Notes under the pieces: generated by a model | Database searches by the model: none | The model's input: only the letters and a program-made list of their open reading frames with translations | Told to the model about the DNA's origin: nothing | Shown here: positions 1 to 11,900 of the stretch, one piece after another | Position numbering within the stretch: position 1 is the first letter of the stretch | Layout: each line of letters starts with the position of its first letter | Origin: Cyanophora paradoxa CCMP329 | Taxonomy: Eukaryota > Plantae > Glaucophyta | Direction: 5' to 3' | Length of the DNA stretch: 48,276 nucleotides | NCBI GenBank assembly: GCA_004431415.1 | Contig: QPMI01000359.1 | Span: forward strand, 1 to 48,276 | Made by a program: the position numbers and the translations under genes

Positions 1-53
1 TTCGAAGCCCTGCCTAGACCTGCCTACAGCTGCCTGCCTGCCTGCGTGCCTGC

Positions 54-2513
54 CTACAGGAGGCCCGGCGGGGGCTCGTGGTCCGAGAAGAACGCGAGGA
101 GACCCCCTGAGCCGCCCTCGAGCTCGCCGGCCTCCCCCGCCGCCTCGCCCCCGTCCCCGTCCCCGTCGGCGCCGGCGCCCTCCACGAAGGCCTCGGCGCA
201 GGCGGGGCCGCCCGCCTCGGGCCCCGGGGCGGCGGCCTCGCCCTCCTCGGGGAGGGCGGCGCGGTAGGCCTCGAGCTGGCGCGGCGGCCTCGGGACCTTG
301 GAGGAGACGGGCACGATCTCCCAGACCTGCGCGGCGCGGGCGGCGGGGGCTCTGAGGCGCCGCGGCCCCCGGGGCGGCCGGGGCGAGAGGGGGGTACCGC
401 CCACCTGGTCCCGGAGGTCCGGGGTGCACTCGTCGAGGGCGAGGCCGTGGGCCCCCTCGAACGCGCCCAGCGCCCCCTCGATCCCCACGCACTTGTCCAG
501 CGCGCTCAGCACGTGCACCCGCCCGTACCCCGTCGGGTAGTACTTCATCCTGCGCGGGGACGGGGTGGGGGAGAGTGAGCGGAACGGGAGGGGTACACGG
601 CAAGTTTCGGAGCGAAACGCGCACGGCTTGGTGGTGCCCCCCGGGCAGCCGTGGAAGACCTTCTTGAACATGTTCAGATTCGCGAGGAATTTCTGCGTCG
701 GCTGGTCCCCGCACACGCCTGCAGCAAAAGAGCGTTCGCGTGGGCCGCGGCCCGCGCTCCCTCCCTCACGGGGCGGGGCGGGCGCGCACCCCCCTTGAGG
801 CTGTCCCCGTTCTTTGCCTTTGCCGAGTTGATCTCCAGGCACCGCCTGCCGCCGGCCGGCCCGCCCCCGTCAGCCCGGGCCCAAAGGGATCGGGAAGGAG
901 ATCAGCCCCGCTCACATGAACTCCTTGTCGTTCCTGGCGGCGTGCAAGAGGTGAGCGAGGTGCGGCGGGGCGCTGCGCCGGGAAGGCGGCGGGAGCGACG
1001 CACACGCCGGAGTGTATCCGCATCTTTGTGTCGAAGATAAAGTGCGTGCGGGGGTCGTCCAGGCTCTTGCAGTCGTCGGTCACCTGCGGCGACGGGCGAC
1101 GCGAGCCTCAGGGCCGGCGGGCGGGGAGACAGCGAGCTCGGCGAGAGCTAGCTAGGGTCCGTGCGGGGGCGGGGCGGGGCGGGGCGGGCCTCGACGCCGT
1201 TGGAGCCTTCGGTCCACTTCCAGCACATGCTCCGGTTGTCCACCAGCCGTATCGCGTACACCTGCGGTCGCCGCCTCAGCCGCGGCCGCCGCGGGGCGCG
1301 GGGCGGGGCGGGGCGGGGCGGGGCCGGCGGGCCTTGGGCTTGATGTCGCCGTTCCTGCACTTCTCGTTCATCTCCAGCTCCGTCCCCTGCGCGGACGGAC
1401 GGGGGCCCTCAGCGCCGGGGCCGGGGCCGGGGCCGGCGGCGCCTCGCAGCACGCCGGCGCGCACCCAGACCTCCACCTCCGGCTGCGACGCGATCCGTGA
1501 GCCGCGCCGGTCGGAGGGGGCGGAGGGGTACGGGGCCGCCGGGAGGCGGGGGGGTGCGCGCGGACCAGCTGGAGGGTCTCCCCCACCTTCTCGATGCGGA
1601 CGGCGTCGCCGGCGACGTGCCCCGGGACCGAGAGGATGAAGAGCTCCTGCCCCCCGGGGGTACGCGTCACCGGCGCCTTCCCCACCACCTTGTGCCGGAA
1701 CACCTGCCGCCCCCGCCCCGCCTCGGCTCGCGCTGGAGCTGGAGCTCAAGCGGGGGGGCGGGGACCTCGCGGCCGCGGTCGAGGACGACGATGTTGAGGT
1801 CCGAGAGCCGCTCGCTGCAGCAGTCCGTGCGGTTGTAGATCGCCACCCGGTCCACCTTGAACGGGCTCTGCGTCCGCCGCCGGGGCGAGGTCGGCGAGGG
1901 TGAGCGGAGGGGCGCCGGCGGGCCGTGCGCCGCGGCGCGGCTCGCCTTCAGGTCGACCTGCCACCAGGGCCGCAGGTCCCCCTTGGCGCTCTCGTAGATG
2001 CGGTCGTGCCTCGCGTGGCCCTTCGTGTTCCCGTCTGCACAGGCGGGGCCCGACGCGAGCTCGCCTGGTCAGCCTCGGCGCTATGTTGCGAGCCTGGGAG
2101 CGGCGAGCGCCGCGGCAAGCTCTACTAATAGCTCTATGTGCCCGCGTGGGCGCAAGCCGGGGCGCGGGCGCACCGGCCGCGTAGTTGTGGTCGTAGGAGA
2201 GGCCACCGCTGTAGTGCACGGAGCTCGCCCGCGTCGGCTTGTGGACGGAGACGTTCTCTGCGCAGGCCGACCGTGAGCGACCCCGCGCCCATGCATCAGC
2301 GCGTTCTAGCTTGCGGGCGCGGGCGCCGAGCCGGGCGCGGCGGTCCCAGCTCGGCGCTCGTGTGCAGGCCGCCGGCCCGTAGAAGGCGGAGCGGCCGATT
2401 GCAAAGAGACTCACTTGACCTGCGGCGAGCATGTCAGCTGGCTGCAGCGGCGGAAGAGAGAGAGAGAGAGAGAGAGAGCAGAGAAGGAGAGCACGCAACA
2501 CTTTCGGGCCCAT
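54..2513 (-). CDS. Multi-exon, probably secreted lectin: F-type (fucolectin) domain, ricin-B/beta-trefoil-like region, acidic Gly/Ala tail
   Basis: Spliced translation gives ENVSVHKPTRASS...DGNT...PWWQVDLK-SPFKVDRVAIYNRTDCCSERLSDLNIVVLD...EVEVW, an F-type lectin signature. It continues VYAIRL..MCWKW..VTDDC..FIFD..RIHSG and KCVGIEG..LALDEC..DQVWEIV, with a ricin-B-like CV..C..QxW pattern. The N-terminus MGPKVLRALLLC is hydrophobic. Introns are GT-AG or GC-AG; the 5' exon structure is uncertain. Confidence 0.75.
2455..2478. repeat. (AG)n microsatellite in the 5' region or first intron of the lectin gene
   Basis: About 12 AG units read directly. Confidence 0.9.
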
Positions 2514-2718
2514 CTTCCCGGCGACGCGTTCGACAGCCCAGCCGGGCCGCCCGCCGCCCCGCTAGCGGCTGCGATTGAGCAGCGATTCAGGCTCCGGGGT
2601 ACGCACACCGCAGGCTTTGATCAACGAGGCTTCGAGCTTGCGGCGCAGTCGAGCCGGCCGCGGCGCCTGAGCGCCGGCGGAACCAGAAGAACGGAAAGAA
2701 GTGTTCGCGGCGGTCAAC

Positions 2719-4163
2719 ATGTGCGTGCCTGCCCCCGCAGCCGTCGTTCTAGCTCTCGTGGCCCGGCGAAGCCGACGCCCGAGCCTCTCGCCTCAGGAGT
2801 GCTCTGTGTAGAGATGGCGACATCAAGCCAAAGGTGCCCAGCCCTCCTTCCGCCTTGCGGACGCGTGGTGCTGATGAGTGCGCGTGCAGGTGTACGCCAT
2901 CCGCCTGCTCGGTGCGCCTTGCTGCATCCTCGCGCCTCGGCCACTCCCGACGCGGCGGGCGCGGGCAGCGAACCGGAAGATGTGCTGGAAGTGGAGCGAC
3001 GGCTCGACCAAGGTCCAGGTCCGCTCTCTCTCTCCCTCTCGCGGGCAGGAGGGGGGCGCTGCCTCCTCCGCATCCGCCCCGCCCGACGCCGCCGGCGCCC
3101 GGCCGCCTTCGGGCCCGCAGGTGACCGACGACTGCAAGAACCTGGACGACCCGCGCACGCACTTTATCTTCGACACGAGCATGCGCATACACTCCGGCTT
3201 GTGCGTGCACCTTCCCCGCGCCATCCCCGCATCCAAGCAAGCCTCACGCCCCCCGGCAGGAGCGCGAAGGAGTACGGGTGCGCCGCGGCCGAGCGGGCCC
3301 CGCGGCTCGGGGCTCCGGGCGTGGGCTGAGGCGGCGACGCCGGCGCAGGATGTGCGTGGACCTCTCCTCCTCGAACTACAAGACGGGGGACATCGCGCGG
3401 GGCGGTGCGGCGCCCCGCGGGCCCCAGGCCCCCCGGCCCCGGCCGCCGCCGCCTCGTGCCTGACGGGGCCGGCCGGGCGGGGGCGGGCAGCGGCGTGCGG
3501 GGAGCAGCCGACGCAGAAGTTCCTCCCCAACATGAACATCTTCCGCAAGAACTTCGCCGGCTGCCACGGGGGTACCACCAAGCCGTGCGCTCGCTCTCGT
3601 CGGGGATGTGCCGCGGTGCCCCCCTCTCCCCGGCCTCACGCCCGGGCCGGCGCGGGGGCAGGATTAAGTACTATCCGTCGGCGTACGGGCGGATCCTCCT
3701 CCTGAACAGCCTCACGAAGTGCGTGGGGGTGGAGGGGAGCTCGGGTGAGTTCGAGGGGACCCACGACATCGCCATCGACGAGTGCTCCCCCGACCTCAAG
3801 GACCAGGTACCCCCCCTCTTGCCCTCTCTTACCCTACCTCTCTTTCTTGGTGAACCCCTTCTCTGCAGGAGTGGGAGCTGGTGCCGGTGCCTCCCAGGCC
3901 GAAGATGTGCGTCGTACCCCTCCGCTGACCTCCGCGAGCTGCGGGGCCTGACGCTCCGGTACCCCGGCAGGGTGGAGGGGTACCGGGCGCACGTGGACGA
4001 GTCGGCGTTCGAGGAGGCGGGGGGAGGAGACGGGGCGGACGGGGCGGACGGGGCGGAGGGGGCGGCGGAGGGCGGGGGCGGGGCGGGGGCGGAGGGGTAC
4101 GGGGACGGGCCGCTCGCCCTGGCCTTCTCCCCCAGCGACGACCTCTCCCCCGGCCTCCTTTGA
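2719..4163 (+). CDS. Divergently oriented paralogue of the lectin gene, ricin-B-like part only (no F-type domain)
   Basis: Exons encode CRDGDIKPK / VYAIRLL-ANRKMCWKWSDGSTKVQ / VTDDCKNLDDPRTHFIFDTSMRIHSGL / CGEQPTQKFLPNMNIFRKNFAGCHGGTTKPC / IKYYPSAYGR...DECSPDLKDQ / ...LAFSPSDDLSPGLL*, colinear with gene 54-2513. The candidate start MCVPAPAAVVLALVA at 2719 needs a 1-nt correction in the C-run at ~2762-2764. Confidence 0.65.
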
Positions 4164-5168
4164 GCCCCGGTCCACCCCGCCCTGTCCTCCTCGCCCCCAC
4201 CCTCTCTCACGGCCCCACCCCCCACCCCTCTACCACGGCTACAGCTCTGACCGCCCCCCGAATGTCATTTCAGTTTAGTCCCTTCCCTTCCCATCCTTCC
4301 CTTGTCCCTGATCATTCGCGCTGTGTAGCTCGGCACGATCGCGAGATAGTAAGTAAATCATTTACAGGTCGTTACATACAAGATTGGAACAACCACATAA
4401 TCGCTTTTTCGCTCTGCCATGCTTTGCAGCGACAGATCGACGTGGCGGATGCTAAAATAGACAGAATGCAGAATCGCGAAAAGGGACAGAATCATGACCG
4501 CGCAGCTGCAGCGATCCGATGCATATAATCCGGAAAATCGAGCTCAAGCTTCGAAACTTGAAATGAAGTCCAAAATAAATATAAAAGCTTGAATTACTAT
4601 GACGGGTGCGAATTTAAGCTGCCGTAGTACGTATGCACATCTCAAAGTTTCATGATCACGATCATCGGATCAAAATCGACGTCGACGTCGACCAGGAACG
4701 GTGCACCTAACTACAACTGCACATTCGATTCGAATTCGATACTCATTCGAAATCGGAGCAGCTATATATAGATCGAGAGGCTCGCGATTGCAAGGATTCG
4801 CGATCGAAACTTACCAAGTCAAGCAGAAAGGTTTAGGGAAGCTTGACTTGCAATTGTAAGCCAAGCTTAAGTATACATACATGCATATGCAGCTGCAGGC
4901 CACAGGGTCATATGCATGGCCGGGCCCGGGCCGCGCGCATACCCAACTATAGCTAGCTACTAGGCAATAGAATGTGCAAATCAAAGAGTTCGAGCTGTCT
5001 ATTGCGCATGGAGCCGATAGCTGGCGCTATGCACAACTGCAAGCTGCACGCAGGGGCAAGCGGTTTACACATCCCGGAGGCCGGCCTTGAGACCGGCCGG
5101 CGCCTCGCGTCAACGGGCGGCGTGGGGTGCATGCCCCCGAGCCGGCCGCCGCGATGGCGGAAGGAACG

Positions 5169-7100
5169 TCAACTCGGCGCCGCCCCTCTGATGTGGGTCC
5201 GCCGCGTCAGCGGCGGAGGGGCCGGATGCGGCCCGGGGAGGGCCCTTGTGCCGTGGCGGTCTCGGCACCCCACTGCGCGTGGCCCTGCCGGTGCCCAGCG
5301 TCGGGGGAGGGCGGTAGGTCGAGAGCGGGGGTGCGCGATTGCGAACGGCGTGCGCGGACCTCGAGGAGCGGGAGTGAAGTGCGGCGCCCGAGGCCGAGGG
5401 AGAGGGCGGGGGTGCTGGCGGGGTGGCCAGCCAGACCCAAACCGCCGGACCAGTTCTGCGGGGCGGGGCGGGGGGCGAGGGAGGGGCGTGTGAGGCCAGG
5501 ATCCTCTAGATCCGGAGAGGGGGCTCGAGGCCCAGGGCCACGCACGTCGAGGAGGGGGCCCGAGGCGGGGCCCGCGAGGATGGGCGTCGGGGCGGAGGAG
5601 CGCCGCCCGATCACCGCCGCGATGCCCCGCAGCGGGTCCCCGGAGGGGGACGCCGGCGCGGGGCCGGCGGGGGTGGGGTCGGGGGCCGGCGCCCGCAGCG
5701 CCTCGCTGGACAGTGGCGCCAGCGGGTGCGGCGGGGCCGGCCCCCGCCCCGCTGGGGCTCGTCGGGGCCGACAGGGAGATCAGGCGCCCCAGGGCCCCCG
5801 GCGGGCGAGCCGCGCGGCCCGCCGGGGCCGGGGCGTGCAGAGGCGGGCCCCGGCGTCCGAGGGCGGCGGGAGGAGGGAGGAGGTCTTGAAGGCGGCGGGG
5901 CCGGGTGGCGCGGCGGTAGAGCTTGGCGCGGCCACCGGGCTGGGGCTGCAGGCGCCCCGGGCCCATGCGGCGTGCCGCCTCGGCAAGGCCGGCGGGGAGG
6001 CCCTCCTCGAGGGTCTCCTCCTCCAGGTCGTCCTCGGCGGGCGCGCCGGCCTCCCAGCCCGGCCCCGGGCTCGCCGAGCGGAAGGCGACCCCGCGGGGGC
6101 CCGGGGCCGCCGGGCTCGCGCTGCGGGCCCGCGGGGCCGGCGCCAGGACGACCGCCACGGAGGCGGTGGGGCCCGAGAGGCGGCGCTGGCCGGCGGCGGG
6201 CGAGGGGAGCGGGGCGAGGCTCCCGGGGCGTGGCGAGGCGGGGGCGTGCCGGCGCCGGCCCCGCAGTGGCCCGGGGGCGATCGCGAGGCGGCGGGGGCGA
6301 GGCCGGCGGCGGAGAGGGCGGCGGCGATGGCGCGGCGGGCGCGGCAGGCGCGGCGGGGCCCCGCCTCCTCGGGGTCCTCGGCCCCTCGGGCCCCGCGCCC
6401 CGGCGTCGATGGGGTCGCCGGGGCCAGCCCCGCGATGGCGGGGCGGGGCGAGGCGCCGGGCAAGGGGAGGGGGAGGGGAGGCGGGGGGAGGGGGCCCCCT
6501 CGGGGCCCTCGGAGACCGTCGCGAGGCGGGCGGGCGCGGGCGCGGGCCCTCGCGCTCGTCGTCGCCCCCCGCACCGGGGCCGTCCTCGCAGCCGAAGACC
6601 TCGACCTCCGTCGACCACTTCTGGAGCCACGAGGCCACGCGGGAGTGCCCCGGGCGCGCCCCGCGCCGCCCCGGCGGCCGCGCGCCGTCGCCCTCGGGCT
6701 CGGGCTCGGGCCCGGCTCGGGCTCGCTGGCGGCGAGGCTCGCGGCCGCCGTCGCCGCCGTCCCGGGCCGCCGGCACCACGCCGCCTCCCCAGCGGCCCCG
6801 GCGCCGGGCGGCTTCGGCGCCAGCGCGGAGGAGCCTAAGTTGGGCCCCGCGAGCTGGTCGCCGGGCTCGAGGAGGCCGGCGCAGAAGACATCCGCCTCCG
6901 CCTCCGCCTCCGCGCGGGCCTCCTGGCGCGCGCCCAGGGCTTCCACATCTGCGTGCACGTGTGCGGGCCGGGGGAATGTTGACGTTAGCGAGCGCGGCGA
7001 CAACGCGATCGGGCCGCGCGGGACCAAATGCAAGGGGGCGAGGGCTGGAAGCGCGCGCTCTCGCCCCGAAGCTCTAGGTCTAGAGCCTTCGGGGGCGCAC
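5169..7100 (-). CDS. Possible low-complexity hypothetical protein; structure and boundaries uncertain
   Basis: Protein-like patches in different frames (DVEALGARQEARAEAEAEADVFCAGLLEPG; SRVASWLQKWSTEVEVFG; EDDLEEETLEEGLP) and a plausible branch point (GCTAAC) with a CAG acceptor near 6949. No recognisable domain. Confidence 0.25.
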
Positions 7101-7529
7101 CTGCGAAGGGGGCGGCGTTGGGGGCTCCGCCGCAGGGCGTGCGGCGCTGCCAGCCTGTGCCAGGCCTAGGCTGCCAATGCCTGCCATGCGGCCCATGCCA
7201 GCTGCCTACGGTAGATCTAGAAGGCCCTAGGCCTAGATCTCTGGCAGATCCCGAATCCCGATCGAGATCATGATCATGATCAGCAGTGCAATGAATGAAG
7301 GGCCGGCGTTCGTGATCGCAGAGCCAACGTGGAATCCGCCGTGGATCTTCGAAAACCGTTTCACGCCTCGCAAGCTTAAAGTTAGAGTCGCAAGACTCGC
7401 AACCGGCGCAAAAAATGCCAGGTTGGCGATCGCGGAACTCGCCATGCTGGCGATCGTGAACTCTTCGACCTTCGAAGATCGATAAGCGTCTCAATTTTCT
7501 GAGGGTAGCTGCAGCCGCCTGCCAGCGCC

Positions 7530-7890
7530 TCCGCCGCCGCGCCTTCGCCCCGCCCGTCGAGGCGCGCCTCCGCCCGCCGCGCCTTCGATTCGCCCCGCCC
7601 GGAGAGCCGCTCCGCCGCCCGCTGTGCCTCCGTCCTGCCCGTCGAGCTCGAGCCGCCGCGGCGCGCCGCCGCCCGCCGCGTCGCCGCCCGCCCGGGTATC
7701 TGGACTCTGGAGCCGCTCCGCCGCCCGCCGCGCCTTTGCCCCGCCCGGAGAGTCGCTCCGCCACCCGCCGCGCCTCCGCCCCGGCCCGCCAGCGGCCGTC
7801 GAGCCGCGCCGCCGCCCGCTGTGCCTCCGCCCGCCGAGCGAGCCGTGCCGCGCCCGCCGCGCCTCCGCCCCACCCGTCGAGGCGCGCCGC
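7530..7890. repeat. Degenerate GC-rich minisatellite, unit ~30-45 bp (approx. CCGCCCGCCGCGCCTYCGCCCCGCCCGKMGAG)
   Basis: Recurring CCGCCCGCCGCGCCT, GCCCGTCGAG and GCCCGGAGAG blocks. Confidence 0.6.
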
Positions 7891-8124
7891 CGAGGGGGTT
7901 GAAGGCCAGGGGGTCGGGGTTGATGGGGGCGTTTCATTTGGAGAAGCAGGCGTCCCCGGTGGGGCGAACCCTTTCCCGGCCAGAGTCGCTAACTGCCGCG
8001 GCCGACTGGCCGACTGGCCATGGCTGCCTAGTTTCGCGGCGCCCCCCCCCCCCCCCCCCCCCCCAGCGCCTCTAAATTTAAATCTCCTCTCCGCGCGCCT
8101 CCTAGATCACACGTACACAGTCGG

Positions 8125-8239
8125 GCTCGCGGCCGCGGGGCGACATCGATCGAGTTCACTGGATTGAGTACGTTCTAATTCGCTGCTCGCAGCCTCGAGC
8201 TCGAGGCGACATCGATAGAGTTCGCTGTATTGATCATGA
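8125..8239. repeat. Two-copy tandem duplication, ~60-66 bp period
   Basis: GGCGACATCGATCGAGTTCACTGGATTGA (8139-8167) vs GGCGACATCGATAGAGTTCGCTGTATTGA (8205-8233), with homology extending upstream to GCTCGC. Confidence 0.75.
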
Positions 8240-8956
8240 GCTTATTGGGGTAGAGTTCGATAGAGATTATTGGGGAAGGGTAAAACACTTCCCCTGTCCC
8301 TCTCCTTTGGGCCCAACCCTACCCCAAATCGCGTTTCCCTGAATTCGAACTCCTCACGTGCACAACCCGGGCCGCGCGGTACACCCTGAAAGCCCATCCC
8401 CAGGGGACCCCGAAAACGTGTCTCCCGGTCCCGTCCGACCAAAGGGTGATCCAGGAACAGGCACCAACACCCGGGACAAAAATGGGTCTAGCGACGCACA
8501 GGGAGCAGATATACGAGCCAGACAAGTTCCAGGTCAATGCTTGCATCATGCTTGACATTCCGTTCTGCAAAAACGAGGCCGGGCACGAGCGCGGTCGCGT
8601 GGGAGGACGCCGCGCGCACTAGCCAATCACATTGGAGAGTGCGAACTTACCCTGCAAAAACTGTTTGCCGGGTACGAAAATTGTTGCGCGTCTCGCCCAC
8701 CCGGATCCCTTGCATGTTCCTCGGGCCTTGTTGCGGCCTGGGCGTGTCGAAGAATCTAGCATCCTCCCTTGGAGCCTCCGGTGTTTCGACCAAGCCATCG
8801 GGCCGCGTGCCCGCGCGCCTCGCGCGGAGCGTCTTTCTCGGCAACCGCGCGATCAGTTGGTGGCCATCGATCGCCTTCAGCCCGTCCCTGCGGTCGATCT
8901 TCCCTCAACGCCCGTTTCCTGAGCCCTTCCGGACCGCACGCGTCGAACCCACGAGG

Positions 8957-11900
8957 ATGGGAATCGCTGGATATCACAAGTGGCTTGCCAAGACCTTCGG
9001 CTCCGCCGGCGCCGTTGTCAACGTGAAGGAGACGGACGCCCCAAGAGCCTACGATCACGTACGCACCCCAGACCAGCTTTCGCGCCGGCGCCCTTCGAGC
9101 CAGCCCGGCCGTCCAGATATTCTTCGATTTGAACGGCATCGCGCATAAGGCGAGCGAGCGAGCGAGCGATCGCTTCCACTAGCAGCGCGCGGCCCGGCCC
9201 GCGCCGCACTCTTCCGTCTGACGTGACGTGCGTGGTCCGATTCGAACATGCGTGCGCGCGCACGCAGGTGGCGCGCAACTCGAGGAGCGAGGAGGCGTTC
9301 TTCGTCAAGTTCTACGCCAATGTCGACCGCGTGCTCCGCAGGTGCTCCCCCGCGCTTCGCTTCGGACGCGGGGCCGCCGCCCCGCCCAGCCGAAGTCTAG
9401 CCTCGCCCCGCGCGACTCGCCCCTAGGGCCCGAATCCTTATCTCGGCGCCCTCGCTGCGCAGCGTGCGGCCCACAGCGACCGTCTGGTTCGTCCTCGACG
9501 GCCCGGTCCGCCCGCCCTCCTTCCCCTCTCTCCCTTCGGCGCCGACGAGGCGGGCGGGCAGGGCCCTCTCGCCAAGGTCAACACGCAGCGCGCGCGGCGC
9601 GGCAAGGCGCGATGAGCCTTTCCCCCTTCCCGCCTCCTGCGCGGCCCCGCCCGGCGCGAGCCCCGCCGCAGAAGCAGTCGGGCAAGGCTGCTGAGCGCGA
9701 GCTGGTCGTCGACCCGCTTATGCTCACCCCGGTACCCCTCCCTCCGACGCCCGCCCGGCGAGCGATGCGCCCCTACCCCGGTCCAACGGCGACCCGGGGC
9801 GGCGCTCCCGCAGGGTACGCACTTCATGCTCCGGCTGGAGAACGCACTGGAGTACTACATTTGCCAGCGCGTGCAGGCGAGCTTGCCGTACTCCTGCACA
9901 GCTCCCCCCCTCCCACGTCCTGATATCCCGGGTACAGGGCGGCAAGTACCGCAACGTGCGGTTTTTCATCAGCAGCGCCCGCCGGGCCGGCGAGGTCCGC
10001 CCCTGTACCCACCCCGCGCCCCCGTAAGCCCCTGCGAATCCTTCCCCCAGGGCGAACTGAAGATCGTCGAGTGCATCAACGAGCTCGCCAGGCAAGGACG
10101 ACGTACCCCCGCCTCCTCCCCCATCCGTGTCTGATGTTCCGGTGTAGGACGCGCCCCAAGGGGGAGAAATACCTCATCGTGGGTATGGATGCGGATCTGA
10201 TCCTGCTCGGTGCGCCTTAGCCATACCCCCTCGGCCCCGGCCCCCGCCTCCCCTCAGCCCCCGCGGCAGGCCTGAGCACGCGACTATCCTCCGGGATGAG
10301 CGTCCTCGCGGCCGATCCGCAGGCCAAGGCACGCGCCGCGCCCCCGTACCCCCGCCCGCAGAGTCCTGATCCCGCACCTCCGCAGGGGCAGCCGTTCACG
10401 ATCCTCTACGACCTGGACCGCATGCAGGCCGCATTCGAGCACCACGTACCCGGGGCCGGTGGTGAGCGAGGGCGTAGCCCTCCCGAGCTAACCAAACGCC
10501 TGCCTTACCGACTACCCCTCTCTCTCCCCCCCCCTCAGATTCGGTCCGGGCCGACTTCGTTCTCATGGCGATCCTTTGCGGGAACGACTACCTGCCCAAG
10601 CTGCGGGGGTACAGCCTCAACCCGGCCTGGCGGGGGTACCTGAACGCGCGGCGAAGCAAGAAGATCGGGCCGATCGTCACCGGGGATCCGGACTCGCCCC
10701 GCCTCGAGCCGCAGGCCCTGGCCGCCTTCCTCTCCTCTATCCGGGTACCCCATTCGTGTACTCCCTCGCCATGCGAACGCGCCGACCGGCCGCTGCGCAG
10801 GGGTTCGTCCCCGACGACGACGAGGCGGCACCCGTCCCCCTTACGTGCGCGCACCCCCGCCTTCGCGTGGACGTTTGGCTCGTTGAGGCGGCGGCAGGGG
10901 GCCGGAGGCGGCGGGGGCGGGGGGCGGGGCGCCGCTGGTCCCGCTGGCGGCCGCGGGGGGCGAGGGGCCGACCGAGGAGGGCGAGGAGGACGAGGCGATC
11001 GCGCCGCTCGAGGTCGACGAGGAGGAGGAGGAGGCCGAGCTCGAGGAAGACGAGGAGGAGGACGAGGACGAGGACGAGGAGGACGAGGAGCACGAGGCGC
11101 CGGCCGCCGCCGCCGCCGCCCCCGCCGCCGGCCACGCCGCCCGAAGCAGCAGCAGCAGGCACAACTGCGAGCTCTACCTCCGGGGTACCCCTCCCCGCGC
11201 CCACCACCCCACCCTTCCCCGCGCCTCGCCGATCGGTTTCCGCGCGTGCCCCAGGCCTGCTCTGGAACCTCGAGATGTACGGCACCGGCCGCTGCCACGA
11301 GCCGCTCTACGTCTACCCCGGCGGCGCCCCTCCCGCCCGCGTCCTCGCCGAGTGGTCCGCGCGCGCTCCCGGCCGCCCCCTTCTCCCGTGCTGCGCTGAG
11401 GGCTGGCGGGCGCAGGGTGGGCTCTGAGCCGGAACGGACTGCGGCCCTCTCCCCGGCCCGCACGGGTCTCGAGCCCCTCCCCTCGTGCGATCCCCCGCCT
11501 GTACCTCTCCCCCTTCCCCGCCCCCCGCCCTCAAACGCAGCGCAGGGCGCCGCACCTGTTCGCCCTGTACCTGCTGCCCCCCCGGGGTGCCCCCTTCGTG
11601 CTCTCCCCCCTCCGCGACCTCCTACCCCGCTACCACCAGTCCCTCGACGAGGCGCGCCCGCGTACCCCTTCGCCCGCTGCTGCGCAAATCCCGTAGCCCT
11701 GAGCGTTCGGCGCAGGCGTTCGCGGCGATGAAGCGAACGAAGAGCAGCGCGGCGATCGTCGAGGTCCTGCGCCGCCTCCACGCCGAGGTCCCGTACCCCC
11801 CCCCCCCGCTTCGCTCGGCCTCGCTCCTCTCACGCCGGGGAGCAGGCGGACGGGCTGACGCCGGGGGCGTTCGCGGCGTGCCCGGACGCGGCGCCCTTCG

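Noticed and set aside
8139-8233. CRISPR-like geometry: 29-bp repeat, 37-bp spacer, 29-bp repeat
   Set aside because: Only two copies with 3 mismatches, homology extends into the apparent spacer (a simple tandem duplication), no cas genes, and a eukaryotic context.
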